64,000 bases of DNA from Eledone cirrhosa (taxonomy: Eukaryota). Location: positions 26,226,001 through 26,290,000 of the forward strand of contig OZ024754.1 of NCBI GenBank assembly GCA_964016885.1. Reading direction: 5' to 3'. The notes under the pieces are model-generated. The model was not told the origin of the DNA and made no database searches. It worked only from the letters and a program-made list of their open reading frames with translations. A program made the translations under genes and the position numbers. This document shows positions 1 through 11,960 of this stretch, one piece after another; position 1 is the stretch's first letter, and each line of letters opens with the position of its first letter.

Positions 1-324
1 ATATCTTTTGTGGTCTTCTTTCCACTGGGATTTCTTGGCACTTCTTGATCCAGCAGCCATCTTCCATGCACATCACATAATAGTGAGACTAAATACGTTA
101 TCATCATCATCATTATTTTATGTCCATAATCCATGCTAGCATGGGTTTGACAACTTGACACAATCTGAGGCTATGCGAGTTGAAGAGACCTAATCTTGCC
201 CATACATTTTATATTTGGCATGATTTCTATGGCAGGAATCCCTTCCTAATGCCAACCACTGTACAGAGTATACTGGGTGTGGTCCCAACACATGGATATA
301 AAAATGATATAAAATATATATATA

Positions 325-1872
325 TCAGTCAGTCTTACTAGCTGTATGGCCAAACTGATGGAATCCTGTGTCAGAGAAACACTTTGGAACTTCTGGAGCT
401 CTCACAGCCTCATCCAGCCCTCACAGTTTGGATTTATCCCTAACTCCAGCTGCTGTGATCAGCTTATCGAGTTCCTTGAGGACATCACCCGGATCACTGA
501 CAGCGGCTCATGGGTGGATGTTGTTTACCTTGACTTTGCTAAGGCTTTTAATTCTGTGCCACACAAAAGACTTATGGCAAAACTCTCTGCAATGGGTGTG
601 AGGGATGATCTTTTCGACTGGTTGAAATCCTTCATTCTCAGCCGAAAAGAAGTAGTCACGGTTCTAGGTCAGCATTCTTCACCATATGAGATGTTATCTG
701 GTGTACCACAGGGATCTGTTCTTGGTCCTCTTTTGTTTGTGGCATATATTAATGACATAGATGCCAACTTACAGAATGCCACGGTACTAAAATATGCAGA
801 TGACATCAAGCTGTACCTTGAAATCAAAAGGACTGATCCTGAAATTTACAACTCTTTCCTACAATCAGACCTGGACACAATGCAGCAATGGATCACAGAC
901 TGGCAACTGAAGCTGGCTGTGGACAAGTGTACCACCATGGAAGGAAAAATCCAGCGTCCACATACTCCCTCCACAACACTGATATCAAAAAGTCCTCTTG
1001 TGAACGTGACCTGGGCATTACTGTCAGCAACGATTTGCGTTGGACAAAGCATGTCTCTAAGATTGTCAAGAAGGCCGAGGGTGTCTTGGCATCACTCAGC
1101 AAGACCTTTGTTAGCCGCTCTCCAGCCATCTATTTAAAACTGTATACAGCTATGGTGTGACCACACTTGGAATTCGCATCATCAGTCTGGAACCCCTATC
1201 TTGCTCAGAACATTGACCTCCTAGAAACTGTTCAGAGACGTGCAACCAAGCGCATACCCTCCATCAGACACCTACCATACTCTGAATGCCTTGCTTCTCT
1301 GGGCATGGATTCATTGAAGCTCCGACGTCTGGCAATGGACTTGGTGAATACCCACAAAGTTTTTAACCATCTCGCCAATTGCAACCCTGAGTGCCTCTTT
1401 GATCTCCATGTGTCTAACACACGTGGACATGCCTACAAGATCAGAAAACAGCACAGCTCCCATGACTTTCGTAGACATTTTTTCACGCTCAGAGTTGCTG
1501 AAGCATGGAACAAACTGCTTGCGTCAATTGTTAGCTGCCGAGACACTGCATCCTTTAAGACACTCATGCTTCCCGAAATATGCCAAAACTACACCTGATG
1601 TACCCCTTCCATACACATGCACACATGTGTGCATCATGACTCGTGCACTGTTCATTTTACTGATGTTTGTGCATTGCCCTATGTACTGTACATGCACTTT
1701 TTTGATGAGTTGTGGTGCACCTGGGCACTGTACACAATATTTCATTATTGTTATTGTTATTATATCATGACTCATACACTGTTCATTTTCCTGACACTTT
1801 ATTATTCTATGTACTATACATGCACCTTTGATGAGTTGTAGTGCACCTGAGCACTGTACACAATAATTTCAT
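325..1872 (+). mobile_element. 5'-truncated CR1-group LINE (RT, C-terminus, 3' UTR), frameshifted
   Basis: Motifs QFGF, YLDFAKAFNSVPH, GVPQGSVLGPLLF, YADD, ERDLG and VQRRATK. Frameshift near 935 and stop at 1160. The 3' UTR carries an internal duplication. Confidence 0.9.
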
Positions 1873-1874
1873 TA

Positions 1875-2065
1875 GGGCGGTGGATTGGCAGTATCGGTAG
1901 AGGGTCGGACGCCATGCTTTCCAGCATAGTTATGTCCCTTTACGATCTGAGTTCACATCCCGCCGAGGTTGACTTTGCCTTTCATCCTTACGGGGTCGAT
2001 AAAATAAAGTACCAGTAATGTACTGGGTAATTGCTGGCCTTGTGCCAAAAGTAGAAACAATTATT
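1875..2065 (+). mobile_element. tRNA-derived SINE (dominant family)
   Basis: A box TGGCAGTATCGG, B-box-like GAGTTCACATCC, conserved core TTTGCCTTTCATCCTTACGGGGTCGATAAAATAAAGTACCAG, ATT tail. Other copies at about 7040-7375(-, two), 19955-20140, 31900-32090, 33563-33755, 35043-35235, 35590-35750(-), 36495-36860(-, two), 38810-39185 (two), 44370-44557(-) and 54082-54275. Confidence 0.85.
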
Positions 2066-2084
2066 AATTTCATTATTATTATTA

Positions 2085-2945
2085 TCTATATATATAAAAC
2101 TGTGGTTGTCTGTCTGTCTATCGATTTTTGGCACACATCTCCTCTTAGAATCTCTCACGGAATTGCACCGAAATTGCTATACTTGTACATTGAGCCCTAG
2201 CGAAGACATCGGGAAAAAAATATTTCAAATTGACCCGCCCTATCTGACGAAATCGAATATAATGTATCGATTTTTGAGCGTAAGTGATCAGTTATTTCCC
2301 TTTGTTCTGTTTACATTGAGCGTCTTACGTAAAAAATTACGCTGGCTTTAACAGTTGTCGAGCCAGCAAAATATTGACCTGCAAAATTCATCAGTTCGAA
2401 CACTAAGCTTCCGTTTTGCTTCATTTCCATTTAAAAGCATTTTAAAACAATATTTTTACTTGAAAACAAGTCTATTTAAAGACTACGTAAAACAAGCAAA
2501 TATTTCGTCGTTAGGCGTGCAGACAGACAGTCGTGCAGAGAGGTGATATAGGCGTGCAGACAGACAGTCGTGCAGAGAGGTGATATAGGCGTGCAGACAG
2601 ACAGTCGTGCAGAGAGGTGATATAGGCGTGCAGACAGACATAACTGATAATTTGGTTACGCTAATGTTTTTCTCTGCGTTGCAGTGTTTACATTTTCGAT
2701 CTTTGTTAATAAATAACCAGTGCAGTTTCTATCCCCAGCATCCTCTTTTGTTATAACATTCGGGTTATCGTTATGTTTTCTTAACTTCATAAGGCATATT
2801 GTTGGTTGAGGGAATATTAATCAAAAACACCACATGCAAGTCTGCACAGTAGACACTACAGTTTTTAAGCCAAGAAAGAAACTTAACATTGTAACTTTAA
2901 CACAGCTACTGAGGGACCCCGAGCAACGCCGGGCTTTACTGCTAG
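2085..2945 (+). mobile_element. Non-autonomous Helitron
   Basis: A|TC start, (GTCT)n near the 5' end, subterminal hairpin CCCGAGCAACGCCGGG, CTAG|T end, no TSD. Confidence 0.8.
2512..2640 (+). repeat. 37-bp minisatellite, about 3.5 copies, inside the Helitron
   Basis: Unit TAGGCGTGCAGACAGACAGTCGTGCAGAGAGGTGATA repeated exactly. Confidence 0.95.
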
Positions 2946-3502
2946 TTATATATAAAGGTGTGCAAACTTCTATATATAAAATGTATGAAGCTGAATTCTA
3001 GCACTGGGAAAAAAAAAATATATATATGTATAAAGGATGATGTGCTCAAACATAGATTCTATAAAATAGCTTATAGAATAGGGTGAAGATCCTTAAAAAA
3101 CAGAAAAAGAAGTTGCCAGTAGCTACTATGAGAATTGAACCCCTATCTCCCAGATACTATTTTATAGCATCTCTGCACTTGAGTAAATCACCTTTTATAC
3201 TTATATATGTGTAATTAAGAATGACTTCCTGAAGAGGAATAGAAAAAATACATTAGTAGAGAATTTACAAATTCATTTCATACAGAAATGACTTTTATAG
3301 GGCTAGAGCTGTTTCATTTGTTTGAAATCAGAAAATGAAGATTTCAAAGAAATGAAATAGTTTTAGTCCTGTAGAAATCATTTCTATCAGAAATAAATTT
3401 GTTTGTTTGTGTGTGTGTATGATTGAATTGATATGAAAGTTTGTCAAACCTGAAACATGTAAAAGTAAAATGAGATCCAGCAGGAATTGAATGTTAAAGT
3501 GG

Positions 3503-3627
3503 TTAGAGAACCAGTTGATCATCTACCACTATTTGGGAAAGGAAATCTTTGTAATAGATATTTTCTGAATCCTGTTCTGTTGCGGCAGAAAACATCTCAG
3601 CCAATTCATCTGTTTCAAATGCTTCCC
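3503..3627 (-). CDS. EFCAB2: EFCAB2/DRC8 last coding exon (GEAFETDELAEMFSAATEQDSENIYYKDFLSQIVVDDQLVL*)
   Basis: cag acceptor; TAA at 3505-3503. Exons sum to 513 nt = 170 aa + stop. Resembles 'GEPFSQEEMEEMLSAA...YKDY'. Confidence 0.9.
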
Positions 3628-3749
3628 CTGAAGTGAAACAAAGAAAAAAAAAATGAATGACCAATGAAAAGAATTAAACATTTCTTTAAAGGAAGAGATA
3701 ATAGTCAGAAAGAGATGGAGACATATATATATGTAGAGAGAGAGAGAGA

Positions 3750-4300
3750 GGTTCTATTTAACATTTTCCTGGAAAACACACAAGAGACTCTCCAAGACTT
3801 CCACACCTCTGTTTCCATTGGAGGATGGCCCATTTCCAACCTGTGATTTGCTGATGATATTGACCTGTTAGGTAGCAGTGAAGCAGAACCCAGGAGCTCA
3901 GTACCAGACTGGAAAAAGTATTAGGAGCATACAGCATGGAGATCAGCTCAGAAAAGAACAGGATTCTGGTTAATACTAATAATCAGGATTCTGTTGAATG
4001 GAAGAAGACTTGAAGAAGTAGACACTTTCATGTACCTAGGATCCACTCTGACCCAATATGCCAGATCTCAAAACGAGATACTAACAATTCTTGCTCTGGC
4101 CACTTCTGCCATGGTAAAGCTGAATATCATGGAAAAGCAACTCCATCAGCTTTTCAATGAAGCTTTGACCCTTTTTTATGGGTGTGAAAGCTGACATGGA
4201 AAGAAGAATCCAGGCATTCGAGAACAAGTGCTTCAGAAGGTTGCTACACATTCCATACAATGAGCGCAAACCAAATAGCTTTGTCAGGCAGTAAATTAAC
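3750..4300 (+). mobile_element. Decayed RTE-type LINE RT fragment in EFCAB2 intron 5
   Basis: SIGGWPISNL*FADDIDLL, LEEVDTFMYLGS and LFYGCES remnants with stops. Confidence 0.75.
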
Positions 4301-4802
4301 AAATATGCTGGCTGACACACACACACGCACGCGTACCTGGGTGGTGTCTGGGTAAATACAGTTAAAAACAGTACTCGATATGTTGGTAGAGTATAGGAAA
4401 TTAATTCTTTTAATACTGAATCGCATAAAACTACCTTTGGTTTGGATTAAAAAAACCCTATTTGTAACATAAATAATTCTTATATCAAATTATGTTGGAA
4501 GGTTTCAATAGAAACCCTTTAAAAGGGATGGTTTTGTCTTGTAGAACCAGAATCAGTTTTGAACAATTTAATATTAAAAATATAACTCTCTTGAATCATC
4601 TGAAACTACCACTGGTCCTGCAATACAAAACTATTTCAAAATACTTATAATTATCTAAAAATTTTCCATCACAATTTAATGTAAGAACCTTTATTCAGTT
4701 ATGTTCCAAACACCAACTTAATAACACAAGATTAGTTATATTACTAAATCCCTCCAAATTCTTGCAATGATTCTCCTAGTTGCAAATGTTTGGTCAGCTT
4801 AC

Positions 4803-4912
4803 CTTCTTCTGTGAGATATTTAGTCAATTCCTCCTTAGTAAGGTAATCTTTATCTTCAGAATCAAGTTTCTGAAATGCTTTAAGGAGAATATCTTCCGAT
4901 GTTGGTTTGTAT
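4803..4912 (-). CDS. EFCAB2: EFCAB2/DRC8 exon 5 (KYKPTSEDILLKAFQKLDSEDKDYLTKEELTKYLTEE)
   Basis: 110 nt, donor gtaagc; acceptor GAG after a pyrimidine tract. EF-hand; frame continuous with exons 4 and 6. Confidence 0.9.
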
Positions 4913-5635
4913 CTCAAATTGGAAAAGAAAGAAAAATAGACGAGATAAACCTTGAATAGTTGTGTGTAGTTGACAACTGCTGCAGGAATGGGTGGGTACC
5001 TATGGAGTTGGTAGTTGAGGGTTTACAAGTGATTCTTTTAGTAAGGCTTATGGAACATTGGGAATTACAGGAGCAAGCAAGACTGCTGATCAATGACTTT
5101 GAGGATGTGCTTCACATGAGACGCATGTGCTGGTAGGGCCATGTCAAGTGCAGTGGGGGCTGGATCAGCAAAGTGATGAATGTCGATCCAGGAAGACCAA
5201 AAAGGACTTGGATGGTGGATGTCTATCGGGATGAAGCTAGGCTTGGCCTGGCCCAAGTGAGACTGGTGGACAGAAACACATGGTGAGGCAGGAGGAGGGT
5301 GATTAAACACATCATATAAACAGGTGGAGAACCAAGTAACATGCCAGTGGAGCTTGGGGCATTCCATTCTCTTAACATTTTATATAAGAACCATATATTA
5401 AGTTACTTAGTAATTAAATAATTAATAATTTGAGTAAATTACTCACAACTCTATGAAATAATTGAAATAAAGAGTATTTCATTGGATATATAATCGTGAA
5501 AGGGTTAAATATGGATCCTGTAAAATGGATGATTTTGTCATGTAAAATCAATGGTGGATCTGAGAAGTTTTGTATCAAAAACGGTAAATTAAATTAAATA
5601 AAAAAAAAAAACGAAAGAAAAAGAAACATTCATAC

Positions 5636-5715
5636 TTATTTTCAAGGATTGCTTTAACCATAGCTGGTCGGAATCTGTCAAGTCGTATGTGTCCGGTTGG
5701 TTCTTCATCTTCTAC
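5636..5715 (-). CDS. EFCAB2: EFCAB2/DRC8 exon 4 (VEDEEPTGHIRLDRFRPAMVKAILEN)
   Basis: Boundaries tag|...|gtatg, 80 nt. Resembles 'VEEEEPTGYIRFEKF'. Confidence 0.92.
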
Positions 5716-6639
5716 CTAAAAGAAATATATTTACCAAACTCAAACTATGCTTTCTATGTTTCGATTAATTTTGAAAGTAATCAAGAATTTGGAGAAATTT
5801 AGTACTAAAACTAACTTTTCCATTAATAAGCTGATGTTTGGAATATGACTTAGTACACTCTGTAAGGTGGTAGTGTTAGTGCCACAATAAAATGCTCTCG
5901 GTACACCCTGTAAGGTGAGGGCTATGATAAAATGCTGTAAAGTCGTTGGCATTAGGAAATCATCCAGCCATGAAATGTACAAGCAAGATGTGGTCACCTG
6001 ACCAGTCAAACATTAGTATAATAGTGTTACAGTGTTACAGACATGACAACCTCGCTAGTGTTGATGATCTACATGATAAAGTGGTCGGAGATAGGAAAGG
6101 CATCTAGTCATAGAAAAACCTGCCAAATAAAGTGTCGGGAAGATTCTTTAGCTATGCCAAAGACATGACAACTTCCTTAGAATTGGTGCCACAATAAAAT
6201 GAACTCAGTAGTGCGTGGGATTGTATATTAGGCCCCCAGCCCACTTGTAAGTCAGAGCTTCCATTTGAGTACTGGCTGATCTGTGATGACATGTCCAACA
6301 CTTGCTAGCAGGGATTACAGACATTAAACAATAATAATGAAAGTACATAGGAAAATTATGTATATCGATATGCAACCGGTGCTTTGAGAAAACAACACCA
6401 AATTTCAACACTGAGCACATAAAAAAATTGAAATAACAGAAGCAAGCTTTATTCCATCATTATGTTTTTCTGTTTTTTCTGTTCAAATTCTAGCTGCCTG
6501 ATCAGGTCATAGCTGTTGCATAATGGTTATCACCGAAATATATATAACAGTGACTATGAATAAACAAAGTTAATTTCAATCTTTTGACTTACACCTCTTG
6601 TTTATATATATATATGATGAGGATGATGATATATATTAC

Positions 6640-6712
6640 CTGGGTGATAAATTCACTGAGTTCTGCTTCAGTTGGACAACAAAGCAGTGAGCGTATAATG
6701 GTTCCCACCTCT
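6640..6712 (-). CDS. EFCAB2: EFCAB2/DRC8 exon 3 (EVGTIIRSLLCCPTEAELSEFITQ)
   Basis: Boundaries cag|...|gtaat, 73 nt. Matches the EFCAB2 signature 'EIGTIIRSLGCCPTEGEL'. Confidence 0.93.
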
Positions 6713-7419
6713 CTGTAACAGACAATAAGTGAACAATCTGTTTCAATATACAAATAAAATAACATTTTATATATGGGAGACTGAATGGTGTAGAGAGGTC
6801 CTTGTTAGCCTGCAGTAGATACCACTGTCTGGGATATTGAGAGGCCTCTGTTAATCTGTAGTGTATTTAGAATAAGGAGGACTGTTCAGTCTTGCCAAGT
6901 TATATGACTTTTCTATTGACTCTTGGTTTGAAATATTAAATAACGAAGCCAAATATTACAAACATAAATGTGTGTGTGTGACTTATCTACCACTGCAACT
7001 TGTTTACCAAAGCTTGCTCTGGGCTTAAAATATGAAATAATTGTTTTTACTTTTGGCACAAGGCCAGCAATTACCCAGTACATTACTGGTACTTTATTTT
7101 ATCGACCCCGTAAGGATGAAAGGCAAAGTTGACCTTGGCGGGATTTGAACTCAGAATGGAAAGGGCCGTAACTTAAAATATGAAATAATTGTTTCTGCTT
7201 TTGGCACAAGGCCAGCAATTATCCCAGTGTATTACTGGTACTTTATTTTATCGACCCCGTAAGGATGAAAGGCAAAGTTAACCTCGGCAGGATTTGAACT
7301 CAGACCATAAAGGGCCGTAACTCTTTGTTGCAAAGCATGGCGTCCGACCTTCTACCGATACTGCCAATCCACTTAAAATATGAAATAATGAAGCCCAAAT
7401 ATAAATATTAAGGGAGTAG

Positions 7420-7870
7420 GACTTATCTACTATTGTGACATATACAGACTATATGTACAGTTCTGGAGTGGGATGGGCTCTTCTTCTTCACCCACATATT
7501 CTTGAGAGGTAATGGGGCAGAATCCTCAAACACTTCTGTCAGAAACAACCATCTCCAACTGATCCAGCTGGATCCCCAAGCAAGACAAGCCAAGCTCATA
7601 GATGTTATCCAACCATCTTGCTCAGGGTCTACTTCTGTCTCTCTTGCTGGTTGGTTTTGCTCGTAAAATCTGTCCAGCAATTCTTTCCTGAGATATTCTA
7701 ACCAAAGGGACTTTGGAGGAACCCCATTTCAGCTGTTTGTATTCGCGATCGTATTCTTTCAGTCATTACTCAAGATTCATGATCAGAGATAAGGGTTGGC
7801 ACGAATACCAAATTGAAGATAGCGAGTTTGGCGCCTACCTCCCTTTCTCTGATTACTGAATGCTGCCATG
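7420..7870 (-). mobile_element. Decayed RTE-type LINE 3' fragment in intron 2
   Basis: Remnant RTE C-terminal and 3' sequence, heavily degenerate. Confidence 0.4.
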
Positions 7871-7956
7871 TTTAAATACCCAAGACACATTACAAGGAAT
7901 TAAGGGCCTACTCATGTATATATATCGTAACGTACCATATCGTTTTCATTTCTTAC

Positions 7957-8041
7957 CTCATATCAACTGTACCATTTGACTCGTAGTCAAAGATATCAAA
8001 AGCTTCCGTAACCTTTTTTTCCAAATCAGCTATGAGACTTT
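7957..8041 (-). CDS. EFCAB2: EFCAB2/DRC8 exon 2 (ESLIADLEKKVTEAFDIFDYESNGTVDMR)
   Basis: Boundaries tag|...|gtaag, 85 nt. First EF-hand, resembling vertebrate EFCAB2 'KEAFEVFDHESNNTVDVR'. Confidence 0.92.
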
Positions 8042-8644
8042 CTACAATAGAAATTATGAATTAATAATGCAATGTTTTTCAATAATTACAAAGAATGGTT
8101 ATCCCAAACCGCCAGAAACCAGCCCTTGTATAATATTCGAAGTTGCTTTTTTAAAGTGTTTATATTTATAAAAACATTCCACCATAATTTTATGGAAAAA
8201 TCTGTTATGTTCCAAACACCAACTTAATAATAAGGAAGTTAGTTAAATTACTAAATCCTTCAAACGGGTCGATTTTTACGACGGTAAAGTATATTTTAAA
8301 AAGAAACTCAACGAATTTAATTGTCGACGGATTAACTGCCATATTTTATCCAAAATTTCACTCTCATTTAAACGGAACCATGAAGGAAGACTCCACACGA
8401 CCAATTTTTACGCTATTAATAATATTTAAACCAATTTCATATTCCTTACTAATCTTTATATTTACTTTAATGGAAACCTAAAATAGGACATTACCGATTT
8501 TAACGACACTAAAATTTATCTTAACAAATTCCTGACTAAACTGTCACATTGTTTCCCAATTCCCAGCCTGAATCATGTTAAAATATTCTCCACAAAATTT
8601 TGTTAACATTTTTATATAACAATGAAATAAATCAAAATATTTAC

Positions 8645-8684
8645 CAGCTTTTTCTTTTTTAGTTTCTGTAATTATGGTTGCCAT
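8645..8684 (-). CDS. EFCAB2: EFCAB2/DRC8 coding exon 1 (MATIITETKKEKA)
   Basis: ATG at 8684-8682; 40 nt followed by donor GTAAAT. Phase 1 matches exon 2. Least conserved exon, so the start is less certain. Confidence 0.7.
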
Positions 8685-8690
8685 GATTAC
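8677..8690. promoter_or_regulatory. Candidate RFX X-box overlapping the EFCAB2 start codon
   Basis: GTTGCCATGATTAC versus the canonical X-box GTTGCCATGGCAAC. RFX control of ciliary genes is established; function here is inferred. Confidence 0.4.
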
Positions 8691-8821
8691 AGAACCGGTG
8701 TTACAGAAAAAAGGTGATGATATTAAGAAATAACCGGTTCTTTCAGTCTATCAAAACTTTCATCGGCACTGTCCATTTTATTTATTTAGCGATAACAGTA
8801 ACACAGCTTGACTGAGAATAA

Positions 8822-8950
8822 AGGTGTATATGGAAATATATACACTATATTTATATATAATAAGCATAGTGTAAATGTTTCCATATACACTATGTTTATA
8901 TGTAATAAACACAGTGTATATGGAAACACATACACTATGTTTATATATAA
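8822..8950. repeat. About 44-bp diverged tandem repeat, 3 copies
   Basis: GTGTATATGGAAA..ATACACTATGTTTATAT repeated. Confidence 0.7.
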
Positions 8951-8979
8951 CTAGTCCACTCGTGACCCGTTGGGTCACG
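8951..8979 (-). mobile_element. Helitron 3' terminus
   Basis: A|CTAG followed by the perfect 8-bp stem CGTGACCC-GTT-GGGTCACG. 5' end not identified. Confidence 0.55.
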
Positions 8980-9102
8980 TTCACTTCAAAATATAAAAAA
9001 AAAATCATGTTCAATTAAAAATAATTTTTAAATAATTAAAATATACACAGACATGTATATAATGTGAAATGAAACTGGAAGGCCCATATATATACGCGTG
9101 TG

Positions 9103-9141
<39 letters not shown>

Positions 9142-9173
9142 AGATCAAAAGATGGTTAAAGGAGTTCCATGTA

Positions 9174-9240
9174 TTTTATTATGCGCATTTCAAAAACAAA
9201 CATCATCATGCAATAATATTTGTGTTTTCATCAGATAAAA
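9174..9240 (-). ncRNA. Minimal type-I hammerhead ribozyme
   Basis: Reverse complement of the 11550-11616 motif. Confidence 0.8.
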
Positions 9241-10273
9241 CAGGAGAACATGATATGAAGGCTAAAAAACACTTGTGGATAGTGCAGTTTTAAATCAACA
9301 TATGAAAAGTGGTTTTAGATTGATGTGTGATATTGGGGAAAATATTTTATTTAGAGAGGGGGGTGGGGGTGGAAAGGATGAAAAGGGAAGGAGATGAGAG
9401 GGAGAGATGGGTGATAGAGAGAAAGAGATAGTTTTTATAACTGAGAGAAGATATATTGTTTTATATAGAGAGGTTGAAAACCGCTGGAAGATAATGTTTA
9501 AATTAAAAATTTTGAAAATTAACGAAGGGAGGATATGTGCGAGGAAAAAATATTTTATTTAGGGAGGGGGGTGGGGGGTGGAAAGGATGAAAAAAAGGGG
9601 GAGGAGATGAGAGTGAAGGTGGAGAGGGAGAGATGGGTGATAGAGAGAAAGAGATAGTTTTTATAACTGAGAAAAAGATATATTGTTTTAACATAGAGAG
9701 GTTGGGAACCGTTGGAAGATAATGTATAAATTAAAGGAATTTGAAAATTAACGAAGGGAAATTATGTATGAAGATAGAGAGAAAAAAATAATAATTGTGG
9801 ATGAATATTCTAACGTCAAAAAAAGAAATGTATGTATTGTGGCAATTTCAAAATTAACGAAGAGAAAAATTATTAAGGTTTGTGTGTAGAAGGATTTGAG
9901 AAAAATAATGTGAAGTTAAAGTTTGTATATTGATTGAATTGATAATATATGCGAATAAAGAGTTAATATGTATTAATAATGAGTTCGTTGATGGGGAGAA
10001 AAAAATAATAAATTAAGGATGAAATTGAGATTAAAAAGATTTATGATAGAGAGAAAAAATAATAATGATTGCGGATGAATATTCTAACGTAAAAAAAAAA
10101 CAACAAATGTATATGTTATGATTTTACAAGGTGAAGATAGAATGAGGGTAATGAGTAAACAAGTATTATAGAGTGTATAATGCCCTTTAAAGTAAGGTAG
10201 ATGGGTATATTTTAAAGAGGTCTATGTATATGTGCCTTTGAGAAAAGATTCTAAATTGATAAAGAATTGAATA

Positions 10274-10794
10274 TTAACTGTATACTTTGTGAAAAGTTCT
10301 ATGGAATTTATGCAGGCAGATAGAAAACAAATCGGTGCGTCTATTTATTATAGAATCTAGGTTAGAGATAATGGTAACTTTTTCATTTAGGCAGAGATTA
10401 CAGATTTTAGATAGAGAGCTGTTCAAGTATGAGGATGCAGAAGAAATCTTCTTCCAAAAGATGGTATATTTAATGTTTTTGTCTTTTAAGGACCATATGA
10501 GTTCTGAGAGAGCAGTGTTAGTTCTTTTAAGTTTGTATTTGAAAGATGAATGATGATTATAGAGACGAGCTTTAAAAGAGGTGGAAGTGGAGCCAAAATA
10601 GGTGAAGGAATTGGTGCTAGTTATAATTTTACATTCATAAATTAAGTTTTTATCGAGACAATGGTTGTTGAGAGGACATTTATTTTTAATGCGGCAGTTG
10701 CCATTAGAGAGATTATTAATGAGTGATCTAGTGTTATCTACAGAAGGAATTGGATTGGAGAAGTTGTTTGCGATAGGAATAATAGGAATAATAG
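10274..10794 (-). pseudogene. PLE GIY-YIG endonuclease C-terminal frame (open, no ATG)
   Basis: GNCRIKNKCPLNNHCL..IYECKI..YFGSTSTSFKARLYNH..ALSELIWSLK..CNLCLNEK..NRRTDLFSICLH..*. Not in the ORF track. Confidence 0.85.
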
Positions 10795-11549
10795 TTTTTC
10801 CCCATCAACGAACTCATTATTGATACATATTAACTCTTTATTCGCATATATTATCAATTCAATCAATATACAAACTTTAACTTCACATTATTTTTCTCAA
10901 ATCCTTCTACACACAAACCTTAATAATTTTTCTCTTCGTTAATTTTGAAATTGCCACAATACATACATTTCTTTTTTTGACGTTAGAATATTCATCCACA
11001 ATTATTATTTTTTTCTCTCTATCTTCATACATAATTTCCCTTCGTTAATTTTCAAATTCCTTTAATTTATACATTATCTTCCAACGGTTCCCAACCTCTC
11101 TATGTTAAAACAATATATCTTTTTCTCAGTTATAAAAACTATCTCTTTCTCTCTATCACCCATCTCTCCCTCTCCACCTTCAATCTCATCTCCTCCCCCT
11201 TTTTTTCATCCTTTCCACCCCACCCCCCTCCCTAAATAAAATATTTTTTCCTCGCACAAATCCTCCCTTCGTTAATTTTCAAAATTTTTAATTTATACAT
11301 TATCTTCCAACGGTTTTCAACCTCTCTATATAAAACAATATATCTTCTCTCAGTTATAAAAACTATCTCTTTCTCTCTATCACCCATCTCTCCCTCTCAT
11401 CTCCTTCCCTTTTCATCCTTTCCACCCCCCCCTCTCTAAATAAAATATTTTCCCCAATATCACACATCAATCTAAAACCACTTTTCATATGTTGATTTAA
11501 AACTGCACTATCCACAAGTGTTTTTTAGCCTTCATATCATGTTCTCCTG

Positions 11550-11616
11550 TTTTATCTGATGAAAACACAAATATTATTGCATGATGATGTTTGTTTTTGA
11601 AATGCGCATAATAAAA
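11550..11616 (+). ncRNA. Minimal type-I hammerhead ribozyme
   Basis: TTTTAT-CTGATGA-stem II-GAAA-TGCGCA-TA-ATAAAA; palindromic stem III. Confidence 0.8.
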
Positions 11617-11736
11617 TACATGGAACTCCTTTAACCATCTTTTGATCTTATATTATGCATACTCCAGTCCTACAAACTGTAGAGTGCTTCTTATCCGATA
11701 TCTGCATTGCTTTATTGTACTACAATAAAACTCACC

Positions 11737-11774
<38 letters not shown>

Positions 11775-11806
11775 GTGGCTGTGATCTATATACACTGATC
11801 ATATAT

Positions 11807-11837
<31 letters not shown>

Positions 11838-11843
11838 CACAGA

Positions 11844-11898
<55 letters not shown>

Positions 11899-11960
11899 GA
11901 AGTAATTCCGTCGGAAAGGTCCAGAAAAAAAGAGTGCTCTATGTAGGTTACAGAGCTTAT

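Larger units (their letters stand above)
9134..11721 (-). mobile_element. 5'-truncated Penelope-like element with an inverted copy of its 3' region (pLTR)
   Basis: About 860-bp inverted arms (9134-9997 and 10799-11656) flank a GIY-YIG frame. Each arm holds a hammerhead; both ends run into (TA)n. Confidence 0.88.

Noticed and set aside
1875-1970. tRNA genes at SINE heads
   Set aside because: A and B boxes are present but there is no cloverleaf, and they continue into the SINE body.
2512-2640. CRISPR-like 37-bp repeats
   Set aside because: Head-to-tail repeats with no spacers, inside a eukaryotic Helitron.
10000-10794. Selenoprotein-type (Naiad) PLE with in-frame UGA and SECIS
   Set aside because: The visible endonuclease frame has no TGA, and I saw no AUGA/AA/GA SECIS stem after the stop.
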